From Acidobacteriota bacterium (GTDB lineage Bacteria > Acidobacteriota > UBA6911 > RPQK01 > JAJDTT01), in assembly GCA_965217775.1 (NCBI GenBank), contig CBDCJH010000002.1, forward strand, positions 5,504,001 to 5,568,000: a stretch of DNA of 64,000 nucleotides, in the 5' to 3' direction. The notes below the pieces were generated by a model. That model was given only the letters and a program-made list of their open reading frames with translations, was not told where the DNA came from and searched no databases. Numbering within the stretch: the stretch's first letter is position 1; each line of letters opens with the position of its first letter. Both the position numbers and the translations under genes were made by a program. Positions 1 to 9,206 of this stretch are shown piece after piece.

Positions 1-413
1 CACCGGCCCGCCCGCAGCTCGGCGGTCTGGTAGGAAACCCGCTTGGAGACGGCCAGCATGAGAGCGAGTGCATGCTCGGCCACTACCGCAGCCGTCATCC
101 CGGGAATGTTGGAGACGACGATGTTCCGCTCCCGTGCCGCCTGCAGGTCGATGGAGTCGGTCCCGATCCCGCACACCGTGATGAAGCGAAGGCGAGGAAG
201 TTGCTCTAACAGTTGGCCAGGCCATTTGACCGCGCCCCGGGAATTGATCATGACCTGCGCGTCCCGGACCCGGCTCAGTTTCTCGGCGTCGCCGCCGGGA
301 GAAGTGGAGTAGAGGACCACCTCTCCATAGGGGCGCAGGCGCTCCAGGTGAGGGGATCCGGCCAGTTGCACCGGGTTGTCACCGGGGACCACGATCAGGG
401 GTCTTTTGTCCAT
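1..413 (-). CDS. D-isomer-specific 2-hydroxyacid dehydrogenase family protein (5' part; runs off window edge)
   Basis: Not in the ORF track; manual translation from ATG at 413 (AGAAAGGA RBS) gives MDKRPLIVVPGD...LPRLRFITVCGIGTDSIDLQAARERNIVVSNIPGMTAAVVAEHALALMLAVSKR, the typical substrate-binding domain of SerA/glyoxylate-reductase-like enzymes. Confidence 0.85.
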   Translation of the reverse strand, partial: MDKRPLIVVPGDNPVQLAGSPHLERLRPYGEVVLYSTSPGGDAEKLSRVRDAQVMINSRGAVKWPGQLLEQLPRLRFITVCGIGTDSIDLQAARERNIVVSNIPGMTAAVVAEHALALMLAVSKRVSYQTAELRAGR

Positions 414-656
414 TGGAATCGGTCCTTTCTTCTGGTTGGTGATAGGATCAGTGAAACTGTTTCGCACTCGACGACACCGTTGAGGACGCCTGATGATGAG
501 CGGATATTTCTCTGTTTCGGCCTGCCTTTTCCTGCTCCCCTGGCATCTCGAATCGATGCCGGCTCGGCAGCGGCACTGCTCCACCGCCCGGAACGCCGTT
601 CACAGTAGTCCCTTGGGACGGTACGCGGCAAGGCCCATGGACACGAGGCCCGCGAA

Positions 657-1832
657 GTGATCCGGCGCCGGGATTTCCTCAGGAAGGCCGCCGCGGCCGG
701 GCTCATATCCATGACGGGGAGGACAGCCGCTGGAGCCGCCCGCTCCGGCAGCGGAGACCCGGGAACCGCCATTCCCGTCCCCTTTTCCTACGAGATCCCA
801 CACACCCGATCCACGACTCCCATCCAAGGAGCCAGGATCTATCCCATGTCCAGCCCCTTCACCCGGACCGACACCCGAACCGGCCTGACCCGGAATGGCC
901 ACGTCTACGCGGCCGGCAGCGGTTACCTCTGGGCGTCCCGGGACCGGGGCAGGACCTGGACCATGCGCAAACTCCCCGTGGGCACCGGAGGCGGGTTCGG
1001 AATCCTGAACGGCGACGTCTTCATTCTGGTCCACGACGCGCCCGATCACTCGGTCACCTACGTTCAGCGCTCCACGGACTACGGTGAAACCTGGAGCGAG
1101 CCCTTTCCCCTGGACGTGAGCCCCTACACCTTCAGCGGGTCCGGTTGGAGCGACGTCTACCAGCACCCGGACGGAACCGCCATGGTCACCGTGACGCTCC
1201 GCCACCGGGACGGGGTCGACGAATGGGACAACCCTCAGGTTCGCGGCTTCCACGACCACATCTTCCGCTCCCGGGACGAGGGCCTGAGCTGGGGCGACCG
1301 GACCCTGATTCTGCCCTATTCGGCCGAAAGCACATTGATGGCGGTAAAGGACTCGAACCGGATGTTGGCCTACATCCGAGCCCAGAGACCCATGCTTCAG
1401 GAAGATCCCCCCGACTTCCGGGAGCGGACCGGGGCTACCCCAACCGAGGAGTGGGTCCTGAAGAACGGCGTCGTCGCCGAGTCCGTCGACGGCGGCCGGA
1501 CCTGGGTGAACCCCAGGCTGTTTGACCTTCGGGGTAGCGTCCCGGGCGAGTTCGTCCAGGTCCCCGACGGGAGGATCGCCGCCATCTGGTTGCAGCGCTA
1601 CCCCTACGAGCTGGCCGAGATCCGGGCCCGCATCAGTTCCGACGGGGGACGGACCTGGGGGCCGACCACCTACTCCCTCATGCACGGTCACGGTTACCCG
1701 GACAGCGTCGTCTACTCTGACGGCACCATCGTGACCGTCTGCGAAAATACGGACTTGAATCACCTCGGCCGGGTGCTGGGAAGTCGAACCATGGCCGCGC
1801 TCCACTGGCGGCTTGGAGGGGCGACTTCCTAG
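657..1832 (+). CDS. Tat-exported BNR/Asp-box (sialidase-like) beta-propeller protein
   Basis: Twin-arginine signal RRRDFLRK; Asp boxes SRDRGRTW, STDYGETW, SRDEGLSW, SVDGGRTW, SSDGGRTW; C-terminal HGYPDSV. Confidence 0.8.
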   Translation: MIRRRDFLRKAAAAGLISMTGRTAAGAARSGSGDPGTAIPVPFSYEIPHTRSTTPIQGARIYPMSSPFTRTDTRTGLTRNGHVYAAGSGYLWASRDRGRTWTMRKLPVGTGGGFGILNGDVFILVHDAPDHSVTYVQRSTDYGETWSEPFPLDVSPYTFSGSGWSDVYQHPDGTAMVTVTLRHRDGVDEWDNPQVRGFHDHIFRSRDEGLSWGDRTLILPYSAESTLMAVKDSNRMLAYIRAQRPMLQEDPPDFRERTGATPTEEWVLKNGVVAESVDGGRTWVNPRLFDLRGSVPGEFVQVPDGRIAAIWLQRYPYELAEIRARISSDGGRTWGPTTYSLMHGHGYPDSVVYSDGTIVTVCENTDLNHLGRVLGSRTMAALHWRLGGATS

Positions 1833-1900
1833 TCGCCCACTGGGAGCGGCGGTTTCCAGCCGCCGAACGGGAGCGGCGGTTTCCAACCGCCGAACTCCAG
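1815..1900 (+). repeat. Cluster of three GGAG-headed REP-like palindromes
   Basis: GGAG-GGGCGAC-ttccta-GTCGCCC, GGAG-CGGCGG-tttccag-CCGCCG, GGAG-CGGCGGT-ttcca-ACCGCCG in tandem; the first overlaps the upstream stop codon. Confidence 0.75.
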
Positions 1901-1973
1901 AGTAACAACGGAGCAAAATGGAGACGGGCAATAGAAGGCTTGACCTGAAAATCACCCCTACTAAGGAGTCGGC

Positions 1974-3221
1974 ATGCACCGATACCGCTTTCACTTAATC
2001 CATTTCCTATGGGCCTTGTTCCTGGGGTTCGGCTGTAGTCCTTCCGGAGCCCCCGACGGCGGGACCGACGTCGAGCCGGCCGCTCCCATCCCCTTCACCC
2101 CCAACGGCGAAATCCGAATCACCCGGGACAACCAAGTCATCGGAACCCTCCCCGCCGAATACATCCCCCTCGACTATCCCGACATGCCCTGGCGGGGTGA
2201 CCCCGGCATCGGAATGACCCGGGACGGACGTATCTACGTCGCCCTCTATGCCCGGATTTTCCTCTCCCGCGACGCCGGAAAGACCTGGGAGAGCCGACCC
2301 ATCGACGTGGAGTCGCTGGACCCGCCGATGCGAGCCGACAACTATGACTCCTTCGGCGTGCTCCGGGACGGCACCCTGCTCTGGGCCTACCGCGCCGACG
2401 ATCCGCCCACCGACTTCCTGCTGCGAAGCACCGACGGCGGCGAGTCGTGGCACCCCTGGAGCCGGTTGGAAAACCTGTCGCCGTTCATCCGGGCGGGAGG
2501 GAACCAGAACTGCCTGCTGGAGCTTCGGGACGGCACCCTTCTGTGGCCCACCATCATGGCGGCCCAACGCGCCTATGACCACAATGAGGACGCCTCGAAG
2601 CCGCCGCCCACCACCTACGTCTTCCGCTCCACCGACGGAGGCAAGAGCTGGGAGGAGAAGCACCCGCTCCAGGAATGGGGAACCGAGACCAATCTGCTGG
2701 AAATGAAGGACCGCCGTCTGCTGGCCGCCATCCGTTACCAGCGCGTATTCGAGGCGCCGCCCCCCCAGAACGAACCGCCGGTTCTGATCGAGGAGCACGC
2801 CCGGCGGGAGATGCAGAAGAGCATCGTGGGAAAACGGGTCTTCCTGGCGGACTCGGCGGATGGGGGCCGGAACTGGCAGAATTTCCGCCCCCTCTGGCGT
2901 CATACGGACGGCCCCATGGATCTGGAGTTCGGCCAGGCGCACGGCCACATGGTTCAGCTCTCGGACGGGACGGTGGTCCTGGTGGTGGAAGACCGCTACC
3001 CCTATCCGGAGGGGGACGTCAGGGCCCGGATCAGCCGGGATGGCGGACAGACCTGGTTGCCCGAGGTCTACCATCTGAGTCCGGGGCACGGCTACGGCGG
3101 CAGCGTCGTCCTGGAGGACGACACCATCGTGACCGCCTTGGGGAACACTCGCCTGGACGAGAGAGGACGCCCCACCGGAAGCTACACTGCCCAGATCGTC
3201 CGGTGGCGTTTGCCCAACTGA
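1974..3221 (+). CDS. BNR/Asp-box (sialidase-like) lipoprotein
   Basis: AAGGAG RBS; lipobox-like LGFGC; Asp boxes SRDAGKTW, STDGGESW, STDGGKSW, SADGGRNW, SRDGGQTW; shares RxQR, RYPY and HGY motifs with the 657 gene. Confidence 0.8.
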   Translation: MHRYRFHLIHFLWALFLGFGCSPSGAPDGGTDVEPAAPIPFTPNGEIRITRDNQVIGTLPAEYIPLDYPDMPWRGDPGIGMTRDGRIYVALYARIFLSRDAGKTWESRPIDVESLDPPMRADNYDSFGVLRDGTLLWAYRADDPPTDFLLRSTDGGESWHPWSRLENLSPFIRAGGNQNCLLELRDGTLLWPTIMAAQRAYDHNEDASKPPPTTYVFRSTDGGKSWEEKHPLQEWGTETNLLEMKDRRLLAAIRYQRVFEAPPPQNEPPVLIEEHARREMQKSIVGKRVFLADSADGGRNWQNFRPLWRHTDGPMDLEFGQAHGHMVQLSDGTVVLVVEDRYPYPEGDVRARISRDGGQTWLPEVYHLSPGHGYGGSVVLEDDTIVTALGNTRLDERGRPTGSYTAQIVRWRLPN

Positions 3222-3255
3222 ACCCTGCGGAGAGCGTTGCCGTCACCGTGACCGG

Positions 3256-4821
3256 CTATCTGAAACGAATCGAGTAAAGGTCCGCGTCCTTGAGGACGAA
3301 GCGGAGGCGGACCGGTTGCCCCGCCAGGGAGGAGACGTCTGCCCCGTTTCGCCAAGTAGCGACGCGCTCGATCTCGTCCCCCACGATCTCCAAAGAATTC
3401 TCCAGCGCATAGCCGGCGATGGGCTCGCCGCTGGGCGACTGGATCTCCACCCGAACGCTGCCGGCGGCGGACGTGGAGGTGTTGAGCACCAGTTCCTTCC
3501 CCGAGAAAGTGAGCGGACGGGTCACCATTTCTCCACCGTCATAGGGAGCGTTGACCGACGCGAACCCGTCCACTCTCAAGACGTACCGCCGGATGTGCCA
3601 GTGGCGGGTGCCGGCCTCCCGGGTGACGTACATGGAGATCTCCCGCGGGCCGGTGGGCACCACGCCGCGAAGGGCGTAGGTGGTGCGCGTGATCCAGTTC
3701 CGCGCTCCCGGTCCGGGACGAATGAAACCCTCCCGGAAGGTCGTGTCATAGTGGTTGCCGGGTCCACGCGTGGTCATGAGGACCGTCTCCGAGCTGTCCA
3801 TCCATCTTCCTTCCGGAACCCCGGCCGTCCGAGCCTCCTCGTCGGTCAGAACCTGGCGGCCCACCATGAGCCGGGCCGGGAAAGCGAGATAGATCTGAGG
3901 CGCCCGGTAATAGGGAAGCGTCAGGTTGATGTAGAGGTGGTTCTCCGGAATGGTCCCGCCGTCCCCGAAGGTCATGGGTTGGAACTCGGACCACTCGAAC
4001 AGATTGGGGGCCGTGAGCCGCCCGATGGCCCGCCGGCCCACCGATCGATTCGGGGAGGTGAAGTAGCGTGAGTAGATGACGTACCGCCGCTCGATCTCCG
4101 ACCAGAAAAAGGAAAAGTCACCGTCCAGAGTCCCGTACAGGTTGTCCCGGAAAAGCGGCCTGTCTCCGAGTCTCTCCCAGGCCTTCCCATCCTCGGAGAC
4201 CCAGGGGATGACGTCGGTGGGAGATCCCTGCCACAACCCTCGCTCGTTCACCGTGAGCTTCCGGGCCAGTTCCTCTTCGGTGGGATTTGCCCGGTGTCCT
4301 TCGTTCAACTTGAGCGCTATGAGGCGCCGACCGGGAGGGACGCCCGGCCGGGTGTCGAGATAGACCCTTGCGGCAGGCTCCAATAGATGATCGTAGAGAT
4401 ACTCGCCGCCGGCGGTCCCCACCAGGTTGTTCTGCCGGCTGCCGTCGACGTCGATCAGGCTTAGCGCCGGCTTGGTCCAGTGGATCCCGTCCCGGCTCTC
4501 GGCATAGCAAAGCTGGTTGGAGCCGTGGTAGTACATGAGGTACTTGCCCCGGTGCAGGATCACGGTCTGGCCAAATCCGAGTTCGCCTTCCCAGGGCCGG
4601 TCGCCCCGGACCACCGTTTCCGCAGGCCTGGGATGATGGAGCTTGAGGCGAGCGCCCTTCAGGCGATCGATGAGGTGATGATCGACGAACAACTCCAGCC
4701 GGTCTCCCATCTCGACCAGGACCGGCCGGTTCAAAAGGGCCGGAGTTTCGGCGGCGGTTTCCTGGGCCGTGAGGAATACGAATAGGGGCCAGTGCAGGAA
4801 GAAAAGTCGGTAACGCAGCAT
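3256..4821 (-). CDS. Exported glycoside-hydrolase-like protein (GH32/43-like five-bladed propeller plus C-terminal beta-sandwich)
   Basis: Probable true start ATG 4821 (GGAG RBS, signal peptide MLRYRLFFLHWPLFVFLTA); motifs ELFVDHHLI, YAESRDGIHWTKP, LRVDGFAS, GEMVTRPL, GQPVRLRF. The ORF-track extension to 5997 is antisense to the next gene. Confidence 0.7.
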   Translation of the reverse strand: MLRYRLFFLHWPLFVFLTAQETAAETPALLNRPVLVEMGDRLELFVDHHLIDRLKGARLKLHHPRPAETVVRGDRPWEGELGFGQTVILHRGKYLMYYHGSNQLCYAESRDGIHWTKPALSLIDVDGSRQNNLVGTAGGEYLYDHLLEPAARVYLDTRPGVPPGRRLIALKLNEGHRANPTEEELARKLTVNERGLWQGSPTDVIPWVSEDGKAWERLGDRPLFRDNLYGTLDGDFSFFWSEIERRYVIYSRYFTSPNRSVGRRAIGRLTAPNLFEWSEFQPMTFGDGGTIPENHLYINLTLPYYRAPQIYLAFPARLMVGRQVLTDEEARTAGVPEGRWMDSSETVLMTTRGPGNHYDTTFREGFIRPGPGARNWITRTTYALRGVVPTGPREISMYVTREAGTRHWHIRRYVLRVDGFASVNAPYDGGEMVTRPLTFSGKELVLNTSTSAAGSVRVEIQSPSGEPIAGYALENSLEIVGDEIERVATWRNGADVSSLAGQPVRLRFVLKDADLYSIRFR

Positions 4822-4851
4822 TTGGAGTTTCTCCAGAGGAGGATTCGGCTC

Positions 4852-6138
4852 ATGATACTGGAAGAGGTGAGAGACACAAGACGAAGAATCGACATCGCCC
4901 TGTTCCTGGCAGCGGCCGGTTTCCTCTCTTGCGCGGCGCCGCGGAATGAAAAACCACCTCCTGCGTCCGCTGCCATTCATTTTACCGAGCATCTGATCAT
5001 GGACGGGTACACCTATCCCTTCGGAATCGCCGCCGCGGATCTGGACGGGGACGGCGACCTGGATCTGACCAGCGCCGACGCGCTCCCGCACAACGACCTC
5101 TACTGGTTCGAAAACGACGGGACGGGGGACTTCACCCGCCGTTTCATCCAAAAGGACGACCCCGAGCGTCTCGAGCGGCACGCCGTGGGGGACATCAACG
5201 GCGACGGGCATCCGGACGTGGTGATCGTGAAGAACCTGCACGGAGACCTGCTCTGGTTCGAAAACAGCGGCAGTCCCCGGGACGGAGAGCTTTGGAAACG
5301 GAGAAACATCGCCAAGGGAACGTTGCCGGGCGCGTACGACGTGGCGCTGGCCGATTTCGACACCGACGGCGATCTGGACGTGGCCGCCTCTTCCTGGTGG
5401 TTGGGCTACCAGTTCGCCTGGTTCGAAAACCCGGGGAACCCCATGGACCCGGCGGTCGAAGCCTGGGATCAGCACCTGATCGAAGGCGATCTTCGGGAGA
5501 CCACCACCATTCGGGCCGCGGATATCGACGCCGACGGCGACTGGGATCTGCTGGCCACCGCCGCTCCCGAGGAGATCGTCCGGATCAACGGTGCGGAAGC
5601 CGGCGACGCCGTCGTTATCTGGTACGAGAACAGTGGCCTCCCGGCGTCCGGACCCTGGAAGAGACACATGATTGCCGAAGCACCGCGGGCCCTCCACGGA
5701 CAGCCGGTCGACCTGGATCTGGACGGCGACCTGGACGTGGTCATGGCCGCTGGCCGGGAGCTCACGCCGGGGCAATCGACCCACTCGGTCCTCTGGTACG
5801 AGAACGCCGGCGACCCGGCCGAGGGTCCGTGGCCGGTCCACGTGATCCGGGAGCCCTACCAGAATGCGTTCGAGGCGGATGCCGCGGATCTGGACGGCGA
5901 TGGAGACGTGGACGTGGTGGCCACCGGTTGGGGCCAGCCGGGCCGTGTCGCCTGGTTCGAGAACGGGGGCGACCCCAAGGGCGAATGGACCATGCACGTG
6001 TTGAAGGACAATTGGCGGCGGGCCAACCAGGTCATCATCGCCGACCTGGACGGAGACGGAGGCCCGGACCTTGCCGCCGTGGCCGAACGGGGCACTCTGG
6101 AATTCCGGTGGTGGCGGAACCAGGGTAGACAGCCATGA
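4852..6138 (+). CDS. FG-GAP/VCBS-repeat beta-propeller lipoprotein
   Basis: Repeated DLDGDGDLD / DINGDGHPD Ca-binding motifs each followed by WFEN/WYEN; lipobox FLSC; GAGGAGG RBS before ATG 4852. Confidence 0.8.
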   Translation: MILEEVRDTRRRIDIALFLAAAGFLSCAAPRNEKPPPASAAIHFTEHLIMDGYTYPFGIAAADLDGDGDLDLTSADALPHNDLYWFENDGTGDFTRRFIQKDDPERLERHAVGDINGDGHPDVVIVKNLHGDLLWFENSGSPRDGELWKRRNIAKGTLPGAYDVALADFDTDGDLDVAASSWWLGYQFAWFENPGNPMDPAVEAWDQHLIEGDLRETTTIRAADIDADGDWDLLATAAPEEIVRINGAEAGDAVVIWYENSGLPASGPWKRHMIAEAPRALHGQPVDLDLDGDLDVVMAAGRELTPGQSTHSVLWYENAGDPAEGPWPVHVIREPYQNAFEADAADLDGDGDVDVVATGWGQPGRVAWFENGGDPKGEWTMHVLKDNWRRANQVIIADLDGDGGPDLAAVAERGTLEFRWWRNQGRQP

Positions 6139-7265
6139 AGATCGTGGAAAGAGGCATCCTGGCCGAGAGCGAGCCCGGCACCGACCGCGCCGTGACCACC
6201 TTTCCGGCGCTTGCCGTCCTCGCGGGCGGCGGCCTCCTGGCCACCTGCCGCGCCGGGTCCAGCAAGGATGGCGCCGACGAGTGTCCCGAGCTCTTTCGTT
6301 GGGACGGGGAGGCGCGGCGTTGGAGCGCTCCGAGCCGCCCCTGGACGGCCCCCACCGTGGACGGAGTGCGGGGATCGCTCAAGATCTGCTACCTCACCGA
6401 GACGGCGCCGGGACGTCTTCTGGCCGCCGGGATGTGGGTGGACCGCCAGACCTACCCGGGCGGTGGGCTGTTCAACCCGGAGACCGAAGGCTGCCTCCCC
6501 ATGGCGGTGATCCTGGCCGAGTCCGACGACCAGGGGAGGACGTGGTCGCCATGGCGGGTCGTTCCCATGCCGGAAGAAATCGGTCCGCCCAGCCTGACCA
6601 GTCCCGTCTTTCGCCTCGCCGATGGAAGGCTCGGGATGAGCATCGAGAGCAACAAACACTACGACGACGGGTCCAAGTGGTACCAGAAGGTGGTCCTCTT
6701 CCACACCCGGGACGGAGGTCTGACGTGGGGAGATCCGGTCGTGGCCGGTGAAGACCCGAGCGGACGCATCTTCAACTGGGACCAGCGCGTCGGGGTCGCG
6801 CCCGACGGCCGGATCGCGGCTTTCCTCTGGACCTACGACAGTGAGGCTAACAAGTATCTGAACGTCCACCGGCGCCTGAGCGCCGACGGCGGCCTCACCT
6901 GGTCCCGCGCTCAGGATCTGGGTTTCGCGGACCAGGCCGCCCATCCGGCCATCCTCCCCGACGGCAGAGTCGCGCTGGCTTGGGTGGACCGGTACGGGAC
7001 CCACTCCATCCGGGCTCGGCTGGCCCGGAGCGTGGACGCGGATTTCGATTCGGCCAGCGAGGTGATTCTCTACACCCACGGCCCTTCAGGGTCGCAGGAC
7101 TCGCCGGAGGATGAGACCGGAGAGCTGCTCTCGGAGATGTCCCTCTGGAGCTTCGGGTTGCCGTTCGCCGAAATCCTTCCCGACGGGAGTGTGATGGTGG
7201 TCTACTACGCTGGCGACGCCGACTCCATGAGCTGCTACTGGGCCCGCCTGGATCCGGATGCCTGA
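6135..7265 (+). CDS. BNR/Asp-box (sialidase-like) protein without signal peptide
   Basis: Asp boxes SDDQGRTW, TRDGGLTW, SADGGLTW; ATGA overlap with the upstream stop. Confidence 0.7.
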   Translation: MKIVERGILAESEPGTDRAVTTFPALAVLAGGGLLATCRAGSSKDGADECPELFRWDGEARRWSAPSRPWTAPTVDGVRGSLKICYLTETAPGRLLAAGMWVDRQTYPGGGLFNPETEGCLPMAVILAESDDQGRTWSPWRVVPMPEEIGPPSLTSPVFRLADGRLGMSIESNKHYDDGSKWYQKVVLFHTRDGGLTWGDPVVAGEDPSGRIFNWDQRVGVAPDGRIAAFLWTYDSEANKYLNVHRRLSADGGLTWSRAQDLGFADQAAHPAILPDGRVALAWVDRYGTHSIRARLARSVDADFDSASEVILYTHGPSGSQDSPEDETGELLSEMSLWSFGLPFAEILPDGSVMVVYYAGDADSMSCYWARLDPDA

Positions 7266-8961
7266 CGCCGGCGGGGAAACGCCGGAAATCCACATCGAGA
7301 TGGATGTCGAGGTCCCGGTCCGGGACGGCCTCGTCCTCCGCGCCAACGTCTTTCGGCCCGAGGGCCCCTCTCCCTGTCCCGGCCTGCTGATGCGGACCCC
7401 TTACGGGAAGCCGGACAGCGGGTTCGAACCGTTCGTGCGGGCCGGCTACGCGGTGGTCGCCCAGGACAGCCGCGGCCGCTATGCCTCCGGAGGGGAGTAC
7501 GTCCCGTTCACGGTGGAGCGGACTCAGGATGGGGAGGACGGGTACGACAGCGTGGAGTGGCTGGCCCTGCAGCCTTGGTGCAACGGCAAGGTGGGCACCT
7601 TCGGAGTCTCGTACAACGGCTGGATGCAGTGGTCCCTGGCCCGTCTCCGGCCGCCTCACCTGGTGGCCATGTGCGCCAATTCCATCCCCCTGGAGATCAC
7701 CGACCTGGACTGGTGGGGCTCCTTCCGTCCGGGCCGCCGGGTCAAATGGTGGATGACCAACATCGCCCCGGACCTGCGCCGCCGCCATGGGCTGCCTCCG
7801 CCCCACACACCGGAGCAGGCCGAGGAGATCTGGGACGAGCAGGAGCAGATGCGCTGGATCTGGTTCCTCCCCTGGATGGATCTTCCCAGGTACCTTCCGC
7901 CGGGGCTTCGGGAATATGCGCGGGACTGGTTCCAAGACCCGGCCCGCCGCTGCTGGCGATTCGACCGGGTCCACCACGAGGTGGAGGTCCCCAACCTGGA
8001 CTTCAGCGGCTGGTACGATCACTGCAACGGTTCCATGGGACACTTGCAACTGATGCAGAAGCACGCCCGTACTGCGGAGGCGCGCGAACAGACCCGGCTC
8101 ATCATCGGACCCTGGAATCATAAGCACCTGGGGGAGCGCGCCCTCGGCTCCATCGACTACGGACCCGGGGCCCAGGTCGACCTGAGCCAGGTGATGATTC
8201 GCTGGTTCGACCATTGGCTCAAGGGAACCGGAGACGGACTGCGGCGGGAGGCGCCGGTGCGGTACTTCGTCATGGGATCGCAGGTTTGGAAAGGGGCCCA
8301 GACCTGGCCTCCACAGGATGGCATCGGCCAGTGCAAGTTCTATCTGGACAGCGACGGCGACGCCCATCGTCCGGACGGCTCAGGCAGTCTGCTGGCGTCG
8401 GCTCCATCGCGGTCCGGTGGAGATGCTTACGACTACGATCCCCAGGATCCGGTCCCGACGCTCTGGAGCCCGGAGATGTTCACCCAATCCTCCGATCGCT
8501 CCGCCCTCTCCCATCGCCGGGACATCCTGAACTACCGGACCGGTCCCCTGGAGCAGGAGGTGGAGGTGGTCGGCTACCCCGAGGCCGTCCTCTTCGCCTC
8601 GACCTCGGCCCGGGACACGGACTTCTTCGCCCGGCTCGTGGACGAACATCCCGACGGCCGGGCCTTGGACGTCGGTTACGGCATGGTCCGCGCCCGGCAC
8701 CGGATCTCCATGGATCGGGAGGACTTGGCGACTCCGGGTGAGATCGTCGAGTACCCCATCAGGCTGGGACCGACCGCCTGCCGGTTTCTCAAAGGACATC
8801 GAATCCGGGTGGAGATCACCAGCAGCGACTTCCCGAACCACGATCGCAACCACAATACCGGAGGGAACGATCTGGCCGAGACCGAGCTGGTGACGGCCCG
8901 TCAGGTGATCCACCACTCCCGGAGAAACCCTTCCCGGATCGTGCTTCCAGTAGCACGTTGA
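7258..8961 (+). CDS. CocE/NonD family serine hydrolase (peptidase S15/PepX-like)
   Basis: RTPYGK, QDSRGRYASGG, nucleophile elbow GVSYNG, GWYD, GPWNH, C-terminal SSDFPNHDRN domain. Confidence 0.9.
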   Translation: MPDAGGETPEIHIEMDVEVPVRDGLVLRANVFRPEGPSPCPGLLMRTPYGKPDSGFEPFVRAGYAVVAQDSRGRYASGGEYVPFTVERTQDGEDGYDSVEWLALQPWCNGKVGTFGVSYNGWMQWSLARLRPPHLVAMCANSIPLEITDLDWWGSFRPGRRVKWWMTNIAPDLRRRHGLPPPHTPEQAEEIWDEQEQMRWIWFLPWMDLPRYLPPGLREYARDWFQDPARRCWRFDRVHHEVEVPNLDFSGWYDHCNGSMGHLQLMQKHARTAEAREQTRLIIGPWNHKHLGERALGSIDYGPGAQVDLSQVMIRWFDHWLKGTGDGLRREAPVRYFVMGSQVWKGAQTWPPQDGIGQCKFYLDSDGDAHRPDGSGSLLASAPSRSGGDAYDYDPQDPVPTLWSPEMFTQSSDRSALSHRRDILNYRTGPLEQEVEVVGYPEAVLFASTSARDTDFFARLVDEHPDGRALDVGYGMVRARHRISMDREDLATPGEIVEYPIRLGPTACRFLKGHRIRVEITSSDFPNHDRNHNTGGNDLAETELVTARQVIHHSRRNPSRIVLPVAR

Positions 8962-8990
8962 CCGAAAAGTTTTCCCGCCAACGCGGCTGA

Positions 8991-9042
8991 TTTGCTATTA
9001 ATAGCGAAAATCGACGCCAGTTTTGCTATCAATAGCAAAACT
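8991..9042. promoter_or_regulatory. Two tandem AT-rich palindromes TTTGCTAT-N2-ATAGC(A/G)AA (candidate operators)
   Basis: tttgctattaatagcgaa (8991-9008) and agttttgctatcaatagcaaaact (9019-9042), centres 31 bp apart, upstream of the tauD-like gene. Confidence 0.5.
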
Positions 9043-9048
9043 TTCCTA

Positions 9049-9127
9049 GGAGGGGGACATTTTTGTCCCCCATTCTTTCTTGCCCAAACGTCAATGGGAG
9101 TTCGGCGGTTAGAAATCGCCGCTCCCA
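9049..9127. repeat. Inverted pair of GGAG-headed REP-like palindromes
   Basis: GGAG-GGGGACA-tttt-TGTCCCC on +; GGGAGCGGCGATTTCTAACCGCCGAACTCCC on -. Confidence 0.7.
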
Positions 9128-9206
9128 ACTCGAAGGGCTCGGGGCAGACGTCTGGAACGGTACTTGGCGTTTCCGATAGACTACCCGCTGAACCCAGGCG
9201 CCTCCC

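Noticed and set aside
1815-1900. Tandem ~27-bp repeats as a mini CRISPR array (also 25745 and 47504)
   Set aside because: No unique spacers, repeats vary in sequence, no cas genes; they fit REP-like hairpins
4822-5997. N-terminal extension of the 913-aa minus ORF (apparent large fusion)
   Set aside because: Antisense shadow of the FG-GAP gene; RBS and signal peptide indicate a start at 4821
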